Positions 25,390-38,987 of a stretch of DNA of 64,000 nt are shown one piece after another (within the stretch, counting starts at the first letter, position 1; the number at the start of each line of letters is the position of its first letter). Position numbers and translations under genes: made by a program. This DNA is from Ramazzottius varieornatus (Eukaryota; Animalia; Tardigrada): positions 1,509,145 through 1,573,144 of the forward strand of contig BDGG01000002.1 of the NCBI GenBank assembly GCA_001949185.1. Reading direction: 5' to 3'. Under the pieces are notes generated by a model. That model had not been told where the DNA came from. It ran no database searches and saw only the letters and a list, made by a program, of their open reading frames with translations.

Positions 25390-28300
25390 AACGGGGTTTT
25401 TGAATGTTGCTAGTTTTCCTGTTACCTTAGCAGAGTCCCATGCGGATTGCGCTTTCCAAGTCTAAACCGGTCGAGATATAAAGCTTGCCCTGAGATACCC
25501 TAGTTTCGTATTTCCTCCCGGACCGAGTAGCGATTCTCTATAACTCGTTACTCGGGACAACGATTACTTCCCCTTGCCTCCCGAGGTCGCAATTTTCTCC
25601 AGCACCAATTTTTGAGTGACTTTATTACATTTATACGAGCTTTTGGAGAATTAGGTTGCGTGGCGGACAAAACACGAATGTATCATATTCTGACACCGGA
25701 ATTGAAGTGTTCCTCCCGTAAGCCAGATATTACTGTACTTCACGACGTGCATGCATGAGCATAGTCCATTCCAGTTCACATTCGGTTTTCAGCGGTTCAA
25801 ACTGGTTCCATACGGAATCAGCGGTCATCAGGCAGGAGCCGCTGGTTCTTTTCAGATGCTCTCTGGTGAACTTGAGCGTGCGCTTCGACTTAATTGCAGT
25901 GGGATGTATGATCTATACTTTGGACTACTTGCTTCAAAGGGTACCGTACCTGGAGCCCTAGTGACATTACGCCAAATGTGCTCTTTGTCCTAAATGACAA
26001 ACCTGAAAGCCTCAAACGTGGAAAACCCTTTCCTCCAGTCCTGAATTGCATCTTGTCCTCAGAGCCTCGTCCTCGAAGAATTTCCAACTCGACGACCCTT
26101 CAAACCTAAGTCCACTTTCCCAGAAGAATGCTTGCCACTACACACAACTCCAGGAAACACATAATTGTTGCACCGTCGAGATCCCATAGTGATTACTTGA
26201 GGTCGAGGCCACATGCACAAACATGGGTACGAAACCGTTGTCTCTGAGCACGTGTTGAATACGACCAAGAGTTTGTATAACAAGCGAAAACGCACTTAGT
26301 TCCAGACAGCGACGAATAATCCGGCTATTTGGAACTACTTCGAGTCGTCGAGGTGAGTTACTCAGGACTGGACACTCAGAACGCGCACTTAGGCCGAGAT
26401 TCCTGTTAGAGCTTGTGCACGTAATAAAAGTTTGCTGTGGGGGTTCGTGCACGTAGTAAAGTTCGGGAAAGTTAGTGCACTGAGTTACTACGCCACCTCA
26501 AACTTCCTGTGAAATTCTGAATCAATTCAGTGAGATACCATTTCGGGCTCGCAACATCTAGTAAACCATAACTACTGAAAACAACTGGGAATCCTCAGAT
26601 AAACAGTGCACAAGTTTCGTGAAGCTAGGAGAAGATCAAAATCACGATTTAATGCAAAGCGCAAGTCAGAATTGTGACTGCTTGCCGCTGCATGCATCGA
26701 TTCGATCGATGCAACGGTCATCTACTCAAGGAGTACGAAAAGCAAGGTCTTACTTTGCTCACTATACGTCACGAGCTATGTGCTGGCTTGGTAAGCCTTG
26801 TGACGTACATATGACGTACATGAGCAAAGTTGTACACTGAACAAAGTGAGACCTTGCTCCTCGTATGAGTCGTATCCAAGAAGTAATGCCTTACTTCAAA
26901 CCCGTCGGGGCCAAAAGACACTCTATCACTGATTCGAACCGCGTGGAATTCATCACCAAGTTATCGTTCCATTATTAAGGAAAAGCAAGTGTAGACACAA
27001 AATACCAGATTACGATTGTGGCTGACGATTACATTGTTTCAGGGAAGAGCGGTGATCGGAGCCGAAGTTATCAGGTTCGCGACTGTCACGAGCCGAGATT
27101 TTTGGAATCCCTGAGAAAGTGGTGCGCAGAAATTTTAAGTTTTAATTAACTAACGGTGGTGAACGAAAGGTGATACGACCAGACAAACAGTGGTGGAAAG
27201 GTGGTATTAGGAGACTACGTAGTGAGAGACAATGGTGGTTTTCGGTGGTGTACAGAGGAATCTCCAAAATTTTTTGACCAACAGTATGTACAGCCTCTGT
27301 TCTCCTTAAGGTAACCCGTTAGCTCCGAGACCAGAACCTTGGTCGAAATAACCCGTCTTGACGCGATCATGAATTATTTTTGACGGAGCTTATCGTGGTA
27401 CCAGAACCTTGTGAGACAAGTACAGATATCAATAACTGTCAGCAAAACTGCAAAAGTATTCATAGTTATTGATCCAATAGCAGAGTCCAGAATTAATTCC
27501 TACATACTGTGCAACGTACGGCAGTACGCGACCATCAGCCGTCTAAAAATGTAGTTTTCGACCTGCGGCCCTGGTCTCTAAAGCAAGGATCAGTCACAAG
27601 GTATCTATAGAACAACACAGTCATCCTAAGATCGAGAGCAGAGAAGTTGCACTTTGCGCAGATGGTTTGGACAAAACGACTGAATTTAGGGATATTTAAA
27701 ACTTCAAGATTAGCAATTCGCTTCGCGATTCACGAAACGAAGGGGGCTCCTTTCGTGTATCCCGGAAGAGACTCTCCACCGATTTTAAAATTTTCCCGAA
27801 TCGCCTTCCGTATTACTCCGGCTGGCAATAAGCCCTGAGAAGCGTAATCGGTGCCCGGGCAATGCAGAACCTCCCCTCTGGACAATTAGACAATCAAAAT
27901 GCATTTTGGCCAGCACTTTTATAACTTGCTGGGTTAATTACCAAGCAAATTACCATGGCCGGCCTCGGTCGTTTGCTCCATCTTTTCTTTCAAACTGCCA
28001 CGCGTTTTGCAACCTCTCAGGGGTTCCAGCAATTCCTTTTATAAACCGTGATTTTCAAAATTGATTAGTTTTCGTTTGTTTGATTTCTCTTTATAAAGTG
28101 CAACCTCTCTCATCCTACACATTCAAACCGCAGTAACGAGGTGCCGGCTACAGAGATGATTGTGCAAAATGCCGCATGAGCGTTTAAGCACGTTATTCGA
28201 TATGCGGTTCATCAGATTCTTCGGTAGAGGAAATATTCTGCGAATTCAACAAACAAACTAGTAATAGTTCCACGGGCTCTGATGGATACCATTCACTCTT

Positions 28301-28794
28301 ACCTCCAATCCTTCCATTTCACACTCTTTTAGGTCGGGCACTCATAGTTCGTAGATACCTCTTTTCCCCTCGTCGACTTCCGTGGCTTGTTGTTCTCGAC
28401 AGGCCCCCGTAGGAGTTGCGCAACTAGTGAAACCGGACCGGGGTTGTAATTCAAGCGTACGATGCTGCGAGTACGCAGCGAATATTTACAATATTTGAGG
28501 ACCGGGTTGATTAAGGTCCCTACAGAAGGAACTTGGTGGTAAATAAATGCCTAGTACTTAAGAACCAAACACTTTACATCAAGGCATAACTATTTTATGT
28601 AAAGGGGATTTTGACTTTCTGATCCTGGAGATCCGCTTGTTGCAGTTCCACACTTATTGTTGTATTATTGGTTCGTAGATCTTTCCTAAGATTTTGTTAC
28701 AGGCGCGGTAATTTCTCCGAAGGAGAAGTATTTGTACAACCCAAATTAGGTAAATCCGCTACCAACGGGAGTATTTTCATCAATGTCTAATTTG

Positions 28795-28926
28795 CAGGGC
28801 CGTCGAGGCCTGTATTGAATGTATCACGATTGCACTTTGACGTCACTGGTTGAGGCTGAGCACAGTGCAAACTGCTCGCGACGCATGACGTGGTTGATAC
28901 ATTCGATTCAGGCCGCGATGGCCCTG
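28795..28926. mobile_element. hAT-type MITE (132 bp)
   Basis: 32-bp TIR with 28/32 matches (CAGGGCCGTCGAGGCCTGTATTGAATGTATCA); 8-bp TSD CTAATTTG / CTAAATTG, one mismatch. Confidence 0.8.
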
Positions 28927-29771
28927 CTAAATTGTGTAATCGAGTTCGCTTTTCATTTCGATCTTCGGCGGCTAGTTATCGTTATTAGGTACCTTGCGTG
29001 CCAGCCAATATTTCACTGCGAACGTTCAGATTTCACGTCGCGCGGTGAGTCATCTGTGAGCGCGACGTAAATTACGTTGGGTGAGCTTCGTGACGGTGGC
29101 AAAATTACGACGAGGCCCCCTTTCGTTTGTCACGTTGAAATTTTACGACGACGCTGGCCCGTGAACAGTCACCCGCTTTTCGTAGTTACAGTAGTTTCTC
29201 GCAAAGCGCCAAATCAAATCGTCAACGACGAAAGGGACGATCTCTAGTCGTCAATTCCAACGTTCGAGATATTTTTTCTGACTGGCACGCAAAATACCTA
29301 TTGGCTTGCCGGACGGTTGAAGATTTGATTACTCTACACGCGATATTGCTGGGTTAGTGTGGCGGTCGACCTGAGACCAACCCTCAGGTGAGTCAACTGA
29401 TCTGACATCTTCATTCCGCTAATCTCTTTTCACCCCCAAAGAAATCAATGTGATGCCAGTCTTACTCTTCCCGGATGCTCGAACATCCACCTGAAACGTC
29501 AAAGTTGACCTTCACCTTCAGTGCCGCACTAAAAAAGAACTACCGTTACTGGTTTCCAGAGATACTAAAAAGGTCGAAGAGAACCGAACCTCGTACACGA
29601 GATTAATGTCCTATCTTGCTACCGGTGTGTCTGATCATGATAATGTCAATGTGAGCAACGACCGGTCGAGAAAGAAAAAATGCTTCTTTCCATACAGAAA
29701 TTTTCCCAGACAAAAATTCAGTAGCCGTTCTGCCAGACAGTAAGCTTGTGTCGTGAGCTTATGGTACTGGA

Positions 29772-31584
29772 ATGCATTCAAATAGCTCCTCCATGTCGAA
29801 CTATTCGCTTGCTCTGGTATTTCGAGGGGTCAGTTCGATCAATGGCACCAGAAGCAACACTAGTGCTTTGGGTCCATCAAGGGCTGAACTCGAGCGGTTT
29901 CTACCCGAAGTCTGGATGTGGGTATCGAGTCAGCTCATCATCACCCTTTTCGGCACCATCGCTAATGGTCTCGTGGTCACGGCCATCTGTCGCTTCAAAG
30001 AAGTCTGGCACAAATTTAACTTATTACTCCTCAGCCTCGCTACCAGTTCGCTTCTCTTCAACACCTTTACCATCCCCACCGCCGCTTTAGTCTTAATATC
30101 CCGCTCCTACACATCGGTTATCCCGGTAACTTGGTGCCGTTATTTCACTTACGTCCAGCACTCGTCCTCATTCGTAACCACGCTTTCGGTATGCTCCATC
30201 TCCATCAACCGTTTCGTTGCGGTTCTTTTTCCTGTCTTCTACCGTAAATTGTACACTCGATACACGGTCGCCATCTTTGCTCTGCCTTGCTGGATTCTGC
30301 CGTATGTTGTGGGTATTTTCGCTATGATGGAGATTACGGGAAAGTACGTCGCATTACCGCCCTTTGGCTTTTGTTCATCGACCGGAATTCATGGTTTTCT
30401 GGTGGTGACTCTGTTCGTTTATATTCCAACCGCGCTCATGGGAACTTGTTACTGTGCCATATTCGTCAAGCTTTTTGTGTCGCGACGAACAACAGTGAAT
30501 GCGGAGAACAGCAGGAAGGAACTGAAATGGATACTGCGTCGCCGACGCACGTCCTTGGCCATGTTCCTGAGTTTCCTGGTCTTTTGCTGTACTTATTACC
30601 CTACTACCATCCATTACGCCATTAGCCCGCAAAGTTCGCGAAATGACCCGGCTCTGTTCTTGTGGCTGAGGTCTTTGTTCTACACCGCGACCAAATTGAA
30701 CCCGGTATCCGAAAGAAATTTAGTACTTCGACATGATCAATATCCCATCAGAAACAAAAACGCGTCCTCTGTTTATCCCAGACACATTTAAGGCCATCAT
30801 GAACGGCTATTATTTGAACTATCCATCCGAAACGCTTCAAAACTTTTATATGGATAGATCAGAACATTACCATGCATCCGATCCACATCAGAAAGTTTAA
30901 AAATGAGCTCAGGAGACATCGGCTCTCTCATTTACCGGCCGATTTTGCAGGATCGGATGCATGTTCCGGGGGCGGGGATAACCCTAAGTTAGATTATTCG
31001 ACTGAAAGGACTTCGGTATCTTGAACAATGTCAATGTTTGCTAATATCGCGAGGTTCAAGATCGAATATTTCACATATCGAAAAGAATGAAATGGTCGGG
31101 ATGCCATAAACGACAAGCAGTCACCTATCATCCTTCTCAACCGGTCTCGGGCGCGATGAAGCGGCCCACTGTCCATTCGAACAAGAAAGGAAAATTGTGG
31201 CCTCAGGTCTCCTAACACGTTACCGTTACATCAGTGATGCTGAACAGCGGTGGCGCTGTCGTCGGGAGTAACTTGCAGCGTTGAGTCTCTAAATCGATTT
31301 TGCGCGTTCACCGTAGTGCTGCCAATAGAGGACCAAAACTTAGACGGTAGAGGAAGAATCGGTCTATACTTTTACACCAATATCTTTGCTGCAGAGATAA
31401 CTGCTTATTTCTGAAGACTGCCCCTCCATACTGGCCTTAATACTTGCAGATTATATACGCCAGTACGAATCCTGAGTTCCTCAACGCCTTCCGTGCCATC
31501 CTATGCTGCAAAGGTCGTCGAGGAGAGGAACCACTTCAGCCTGCCACATCGAAAGGCAGTTCAGCAACACGTCGTGACGGATAA
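29772..31584 (+). CDS. Orphan class A (rhodopsin-like) GPCR
   Basis: Seven hydrophobic segments; ANGLV in TM1, ISINRF at the DRY position, CYYP in TM6. NP-IIY is completed by splicing exon 29772-30704 to 31450-31584, which adds helix 8 and a CC palmitoylation site. Confidence 0.9.
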
Positions 31585-32132
31585 TCGTTCTGTCGGCCGG
31601 GAGTAAACCAAAGCCCTCGAATCTCTACGAGGAACTGACTAAAACTTGAGCTTCATCGAGATGCATTGTGAAACTACACGCCACCATCTTCATCAGTGAT
31701 GTTTTTCTGACCGGCGTCTTTATTATTTCAACACTGCTCTTGCTTGATAATTACTTGCGAGTACGAGACTGCTTTCAGTAAGCCATAAGAAAACACTCAA
31801 CATGAAGACGCCCACAACTTTATCAATTTAATTTTACAATTACAAGGCCCGTCTAAAATCGCACGACTCAGTCGCGCACTGCTGTATCAAAGCAGAGCCG
31901 CTAAGTAGCTAATCGAGTGGAGTGTTCCGTTTTGTGGCTGATTTTTCGTCCACTTCGGTCGTACGCTGTAAGAAAGCTCAGACCAAACAGAAAACGGATG
32001 GAGACGGAGCCTCACTGGTACCGCTGGAAATTCCCCTTGCGTGAATCAATGGAGCCTGGCTTGATTGAGTACATCTGTTTTGAGCAAGCTGCCATTTTGA
32101 ATTTGCTCCGTGGAACAATTTATTTTGGGTGA

Positions 32133-33129
32133 TGCTATAAGCACCCCTTGGAACCCCCTTTGGCTGTAGGCACCCCTATCACACCCCGTTCAGCTATAGG
32201 CACCCTGGTTCAATTCATTGATTCAAACACTCCTTTAATGCGATATCACCAGGGACACCCCTGTTTTTGAAATCAGTCTTTCCTTCGGAGGTATGGTACC
32301 AGAAGCGCCTGGAAAGAGCGCTACACCCACCGACCCAATTGTGCACCTAGAGGTCTATAACAGTCAACGAGGACCACCTGAAAGACATCCGTACCCCAAA
32401 CAGGATTATTTCAGCCTTCAGTATAATCTGTCAGAGAATCTATGGCAAGGACTTTGCGGGTTCCACGGATCTTACGATCATTGGCTCGTGTCATCCAGGT
32501 TAGCAGGATGTGCGTCATATTCAAGATGAAATTGCAGCGGGACGAGCTTGCGTTCGAGGACACTATGGGTCTTCGCATTCTGTACTGTCGCACAAGCGAC
32601 GAAACCCCGAAGTCGTGTATGTATACAATAGCCTGAACTCTGACCTCTCAGACCACCTAAAACTTCAGCTCTCTCAGGTACACGGGGGAGAAACTCGGGA
32701 TGTGACCGTAGAGTTTCCGTCAGTTCAATTACTACCTTACGGGAGTAACTTATGAGGCCCTTTGGTATGTAGTTTCATGGTGGAGGTCGGGTAGAACAAG
32801 GACCCAAGTGGATAATGAAACCTCGACTGATTATTACAGTAGACGAAGCTGTCGCAATTCAAGGTAGCCTTAATAGCGTGCTGGCCAATAGATCCATTGA
32901 TGGATGGAGCGCTTGATGAAAACATGATTTTCGCCTCTCGATTATGTTTTCTGCCTCTGAAACATGGTTTCTATCTCTCAGGCAAATTCGGGGTGTCGAT
33001 AGCTATCTACCGGATTAGGATTTTCCTAATTAGTGATTGAGTAGGGGTGCCTCCAGCAAAACAAGAATTAAATAGGGGTGCGATAAGGGTGCCTATAGCC
33101 AAACGGGTTTTTCAGGGGTGCCTACAGCC
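32133..33129 (+). mobile_element. Long-TIR (Mutator-like) relic carrying a decayed Ulp1/C48-like protease
   Basis: About 55-bp imperfect inverted termini built from GGCT(A/G)TAGGCACCCC units. Internal fragments DHWLVSS, VYVYNSL and FPSVQLLPYGSNL*GPLVCSF follow the H-D-Q-C order of C48 proteases. No TSD seen. Confidence 0.6.
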
Positions 33130-34845
33130 ATTTCTATTTACTTTCCTGAGAAATTCGATCCCTCTGTCGATTAAGTTTCAGGATCTGTTCTCCGTCTGTA
33201 AGTGCTCTAGTCGGAGAGGTGACGAGTTTGCTCTGGAGCCAGGAATGCCACTGTCCAACAGATGGGAACGACGAGAGGATCGGAGGAAAGGCGTCTAACT
33301 ATCAGCGTGGTGATCGTTTGTTCCCGTAGACCCGCGTGCTTTTGCCCGAGCTCGGCACATCGCCCTCTAGGTGACAATCCTACTTTCTTACCCGAAGGCC
33401 CGAAATCTGTTTGACCATAAGTCGAAGAAACTGCGAACTATGGCATTTGCAGTGGGATGCCGGCTTGGCACTATTGATTATGCTAACTGTTGATTAACTG
33501 ACTTTGATCTAATGCGCGAGCTCGTGGTTCCATTAAGTAAGCAGACTGATGCAACGCGTCAAGCAGTTTCAGGTCGATGGGATTCCATATGTCGGCTGGC
33601 GTACATTCTCGCTGCTTGATGACTGATCACTGCTTCTTGTCCACAGGTCAACCCATCTGCAGTCGGGACATAACTTTCCTAACTTGTCTTTCCTTATCTT
33701 ATCTGTTCCTGCCTGCGTTGTGGCATATTTAAGATTTGTTCAAGGTCGACACGGTGTGACAGAATCCACGATTTCCCGTTTTGCATGTGTATGGCTTTCT
33801 GTGATCTTCGTCGATCTTTTTTTCGGCTAAATCTTATGCAGTTTTATACTTGTTGTGGTGCGGCGTTTTACGAAGTTTTGCGCGGTTTTTGTTTGTTTCG
33901 AAGAAATTAGATATTTCTCCGGAAATCATGTTTCTCGTCATTGCTTTCGTTAGGCAAAACAGTAAAATCTGTGCCTGAATCAAGCCTTTTTTCGGCTTGA
34001 AAGAACAGCCGATTCAAAGCTTTTCTGATACATGCGGCTGGCCTAATTATTGGCCTGGAAAAAACTTCTGGCCGGACGGGCTGGCGGCAGTTTAACGCAG
34101 AGATTGTTGTGTCGTGGCAGAAACTAACCCTGTGACGTCAGCAAGTAAAATTTCGCAGTTCAATGTGCGAAATACAGTGTCATTCCAGATTTCGTTTCTT
34201 ATTTCGTACGAGGTAAGGGACATGGAGTTTTCCAGTGGAAACTTCGGACATGGAAATTTCCAAACTGCGGTGTAGGGTGGCACCACAATATCTGACTGTT
34301 TTGTCAAGTGACGTCTTACAGACTGGAATGTGCAACCGCAGCTAAGATCTGTGGTACGGTAACGAATAGTCGGTGCAATGTAAACATTCGGTTGCACTTC
34401 TTTTTCCATAAAGCCAAGCTCTCCGTACATTACTATTCCCTGATTCCCACATATCACCTAGAGGTAAAAACTCAAATAATGCAGAAAAAAGACACACAAA
34501 TTGATGTACTCGCAACAGGAAAGTCAGGAATCTCGGTAAGGTTGAAAACAATACGAGTGTTACAAGAATATTCTAAGGAGTTAACCAGAACGGAGGTGTG
34601 ACGTCTTGACGTAAGTCTCCGTAGAAGACTACACAAGCGCCTCTTCAGGCCTACGTTTTTTTTCTTGTCCAGGCTCTTTAACATTGGATTTTATCCTGTC
34701 TCCTGCAGACCTTCCTTTCTCACCTTTGCACCGTCAAATGACTCGGAAGCGGCTTGGCTATGATCAGAAAGACTTTCTCTATTGACTGACTTACCGTACG
34801 ACGCAATCTCACCAGCAGCTACGTTAAAACAACCTAGAAATTTTT

Positions 34846-35070
34846 ATGTCCAAAATTCTCACTGGAAAACTCCATGTCCTTTACCTCGTACTTCTTTTCC
34901 CATTCTTGAGGAAGGTTAGCATGGAATGTGCCGGAAGGTCTTGGAGCAAGAGACAGCGAAAGTATACGGAGGATAGCCTGAAAAATGCAGTTCATGCGGT
35001 TGCCTTCATAAGGTGGTGGACTGCCTACGTGAAGGCCGTTCCGGCAAGAAAAGTCAAGTTTCAAGGTTGA
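34846..35070 (+). mobile_element. Psq-type HTH fragment of a pogo-like transposase
   Basis: RQRKYTEDSLKNAVHAV resembles the N-terminal Psq helix; no intact frame follows. Confidence 0.45.
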
Positions 35071-35829
35071 TTCGCCATCAGAGCTGCATTTGCCTAGCAA
35101 AATAACCAAGCATAAAGAAGGGTATCAGATCTACGATGATTGAGAAGATTTCTGCAAACGTTTGGTTGTTCGTGTAGGTAAAGCGGTAGTGTGTGGTGAA
35201 ACCAGTTCTGTTTCAGCCGCAAGCGAATACAGCTGACGGAGCCGCTGATTCGGAAATCAGTAGCCAGAAATTTTGTCCAGCCCAATAATTACGCCAGCTG
35301 CGTGTAATGAATAAATAGTATTTCGTGGTCCAAACCTTCCTATTTTCACATACGAAAATAGCTCTTTTGATACAATGAAAACAGCATCTTCGGTGCTTCT
35401 TTAGCTCAAGAATTCAGCTTCTTTGATATTTAAAGACAGGCTTTTTCAGATCCGAGAAGCTTCGTAGGTTCACTTGTTGCTGGCCGCGTTTATGCGGTGC
35501 AGGCTCTCAACAATATTTTTCGAGGAGGTGACCTGCCGGTTAGGAAATTGGTCCGTGAGGGATCGTTCGAGTACCATATTACGTAAGATTTCGATACTGA
35601 AGGCCACAACCCCTACCTCCTCTTGTAAGCACTGCGCAATATTCCCAGAGCCACTACAGTAATAATCCTCACTTCTTCAGCACGTCACAGGCAAGGCCGC
35701 GTATTGAAGAATAAGGGCCTTCAAAGACTAAACTGGCCCGGCGGTGTAATTACACCAGCTACTTTGGTGGATACACCCTGAAAATTTCAGACCAGTCAGA
35801 AAAGCGGTAGTTTCCAAAAACTAGTTTCT

Positions 35830-36100
35830 CAGTTTTCCGTTCAAGTCATGCGGTGCTGTGAGCCAAAACAGTTAGATCACGAGCTGGGCTACTCGAAAAG
35901 TCATCAAAACCATGAATCTGACGATCAGGTCAAAAGCGAGAATTGTTTTCATAGAGCAAGGTTTAAATAGCCGAATTTGCTGTTTGAAATTAATTTTCTG
36001 AGTTATCTTGATGTTACCGTGGATCTTTTCAATTTTGACGTAGAACCAAGACAGTTGTTGGCCTGTTGATAGTAGGTGTCGGATCGATCCTCCAACATGG
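35830..36100. repeat. Dispersed ~270 bp repeat, copy 2
   Basis: Collinear with 20095-20365. Confidence 0.75.
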
Positions 36101-36471
36101 CGTCCTGTGGACAGCACAGGACAATCTACCTACCGGGTAGGACGAGTTACGTTATACGCTGTCGATCGTAAGGTAAGGTTCGTGCCACTGTCCATTTGTC
36201 TGATCGGCAGGGTGCTGAGGCGAATCAGTTTTGTTCTAATCAACCGGCCGTTTACTCCACAGTTGATTTGTACCGAATTGATTGATGGGGCACCAATACA
36301 TGACGCAGCAATAACTTAGTAAAGCTGAAAAAACTCCAAAAATTCCCAGAAAATTTACAGAAAAATTCCAGGATTTTCCCAAGATTCGTGCTTCTAGACG
36401 CTCGAGCACCGCTTGAGAAGGGACGGCGCAAGCTCTCCGGAGGATTTGAGTCATCTTATGGTACTTTTGCC

Positions 36472-36944
36472 TAGTGATGGGCATTACACGCAGATGGTCT
36501 GTGTAATGTAAATTGTAATGTAAAATGGTGTAATTGTGAAATTTTAATTACATTTTATACCATTTTACATTTTACAAACCTAGTTTATAACGTATAAAAG
36601 TGATACAAGCGAGTAAAATGTCAGACCAGCAACTACTGCGTTTGCACAAAACATATTTCTGTGCAATTGTTTCCCAGAAATAGATAAAAATACGGGTTTC
36701 AATAGACATAAGCTTACAAAATGGCCATATTGACGAAGGTTTTCATAATTGTGCCACGTAAATCGGCCGGATTCAGATTTTTCGCGGCAAAATGCTCAAA
36801 CATACCACAGATTTCCGGCTTGTAAAACATGTAATTACATTTGCATTTGCACCACAACTTCCCGGCGGACGTAATGTCGTGTAAATGTGTAATTGTAATG
36901 TAAAATATAATACTCATCATTACTTTTGCCAATTGCCAGCACTA
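36472..36944. mobile_element. hAT-like non-autonomous element (473 bp)
   Basis: Ends TAGTGATGGGCA / TTGCCAGCACTA; subterminal TGTAAT/TGTAAA/TTACA arrays at both ends; no clear TSD. Confidence 0.65.
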
Positions 36945-37740
36945 GCTACACCGGTGGACGGATGACTTAGACTGTGATTTGCCGAAATCACAGAACGGCT
37001 TCCCAGTATCAAGCGGAGCACAACTCGAAAACTTCAATCAATCAATCAAACTTTTCCCAATCTTGTAAAATCGCTGCAGATGCCGTTCGAGCACTGGGTT
37101 TCCTGATAGTGAGACAGAGTTTCCGCAACCGTGACAAGTTTACCCGTTCCATCAGTTCGTGGCAGGTCGCACGAGACAACTGCGTAATTCGATATTAGGC
37201 TGTCAGAAGGAAGGAAGGACAAGGGACTCTGAATCGCAAACTCATCAGAGGAAGCTCGAGCTCCAGACAGCACAATCCTTTTCTCAGGATGATTTCCCGA
37301 TTTTTTTCTGGATTGTTCTAGTGCTTTTTGACAATTTTCTCAAGTTTTTGATGAGTCATGAGTCGCGATTTCGGATTTGATCAATCAATTCTGTACTAAT
37401 CATTCGAAGATGTTGGTGTATTGCTTAATACGGAATTGATGACCATGTTGATAGTACCACTTGACGGCCCTGCTCTTCAGTGCACGATCAACAGGGTATA
37501 ATAATGCACTATGCCTGTACGTACAACAGATGACTAATGGTGGAGACCACTTTCGGTGCCAAGAAGTTTCTCTTTGATCTCCCGCTATGAGCTCAGGCTT
37601 GCCAGTTTGCCCCAATTCAAGGGCTTTAGAAGCCTGAGCAGCTTTCTACGATGACTCAAGTGGTCTATAAGTCAATCTAAAGCTCCGCTGGGAGGTCAGC
37701 CTTTTGGGCGGTGCTCTCGCGAAATTTATTAGCCTCGAGT

Positions 37741-38167
37741 TAGAGCACGGAATCTGGCCGCACTGTACTGCAGCTATACTGTGCTGCAGCACAGCTGCAG
37801 TGCGTGAACTGACGAAATTTGTGCGGCACAGCACAGCATACAGCAGAAAGCCATAGACTACCACGCAGATGCACCTACCGAAAACTAACAAAAATTAAAG
37901 TTTTTGGGCATTCGAACGTCAGCCGTCTTAGCTTTGCCGTACTTTAGGGCAACGTTCTCCAGGTTGACTACCGATTTCGCTGGCTGAATTACAAACCACG
38001 TCAATACATCGGCGTTCCGCGTAGTTGCACCAGGTCAACGTGTATCTGCAGCACAGCTGCTTAGCCACTGGGCATGAAAGTTGTGCAGCGCAACGCTGCG
38101 TACAGCGCCCTGGTAGTAAGCGCAGCACAGTTACAGCGTACTTTTGGACCTGCGGCCCAGTGCTCTA
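37741..38167. mobile_element. Non-autonomous hAT element (427 bp)
   Basis: TIR TAGAGCAC; perfect 8-bp TSD CCTCGAGT (37733-37740 and 38168-38175); subterminal GCAGCACAG repeats. Confidence 0.88.
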
Positions 38168-38189
38168 CCTCGAGTCTCTCGACAATCTA

Positions 38190-38781
38190 CCATTGCGGTC
38201 AGAAACGTGAGGACATGGAAAAATCAATCAATCAAAACCCAAGGCGGAGTTCGGGGCGGTATTACAATCAAAAGTTTTGATAAATTTTATTGAATGCGCT
38301 CTCTGAATCACCACTTGGTTCGCAGACCATTATTGAGAAGAAGATCCTCCAAACGCCTTTCCATCGTTCCGTACAACTTTTTACAGAGCTTAGCAATGTC
38401 ACCACTCAGACGTCGACGCCACAGAAGATCAGATGCCCACTTTCGAGAATGCCCAAAGTAACGTCCAATTTGGCTCCAGCTGATGTCGTCTTTCCTCATT
38501 GTTCTAGCTGCTGTCACCACCACGTCACTAACCCTGTGGCCTCGGCTCATTCTAGACTATATTACAGAACACAATGACAGAGGTAGCGATGGATATCACA
38601 GAAGAGATTACAGGAACTAAGAAGTCAGACTCCCGGCATCACAAAGGAACACCTGTTACGCCTGAAAACAGCTGACTGAACCGGAAACGTTGATCAAGGC
38701 TTTTGATTGCCGTGACGTCACGTTATGCGGTCGGTTCTGATTGATTTATTGGCCATGTCCTCACGTTTCTGACCGCAATGG
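38190..38781 (-). mobile_element. Internally deleted Tc1/mariner-like element (592 bp) with an 80-aa HTH ORF
   Basis: Perfect 29-bp TIR CCATTGCGGTCAGAAACGTGAGGACATGG plus an imperfect extension; TA on both flanks; ORF 38308-38550 contains ISWSQIGRYFGHSRKWASDLL, which is HTH-like. Confidence 0.88.
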
Positions 38782-38987
38782 TAGTCAGACGCTGTCTGAA
38801 TTATCCGTCCACCGCTGCGTCCACCGCTGTCTAGCCATACCATATCGGTGATATCACCGCAGTATTCCTTGCTGCAGAGCTTTCATCAGCTTGGTGGGTG
38901 TTGGCGCGTTCCATCCTTCATGTGGATCTGATCTGGAGCCTTGATCACACTTAGAGCAACCATACTTAGAAGACAACTGGCTTCATA

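Noticed and set aside
32753-32755. TGA at the catalytic Cys position as selenocysteine
   Set aside because: More stops follow in the same frame and the catalytic Asp is lost; ordinary decay is simpler.
35872-36117. Faint resemblance of the repeat translation (KIEKIHGNIK...FKQ) to Polinton-type PolB
   Set aside because: Catalytic motifs are absent and I could not confirm the frame in the second copy.
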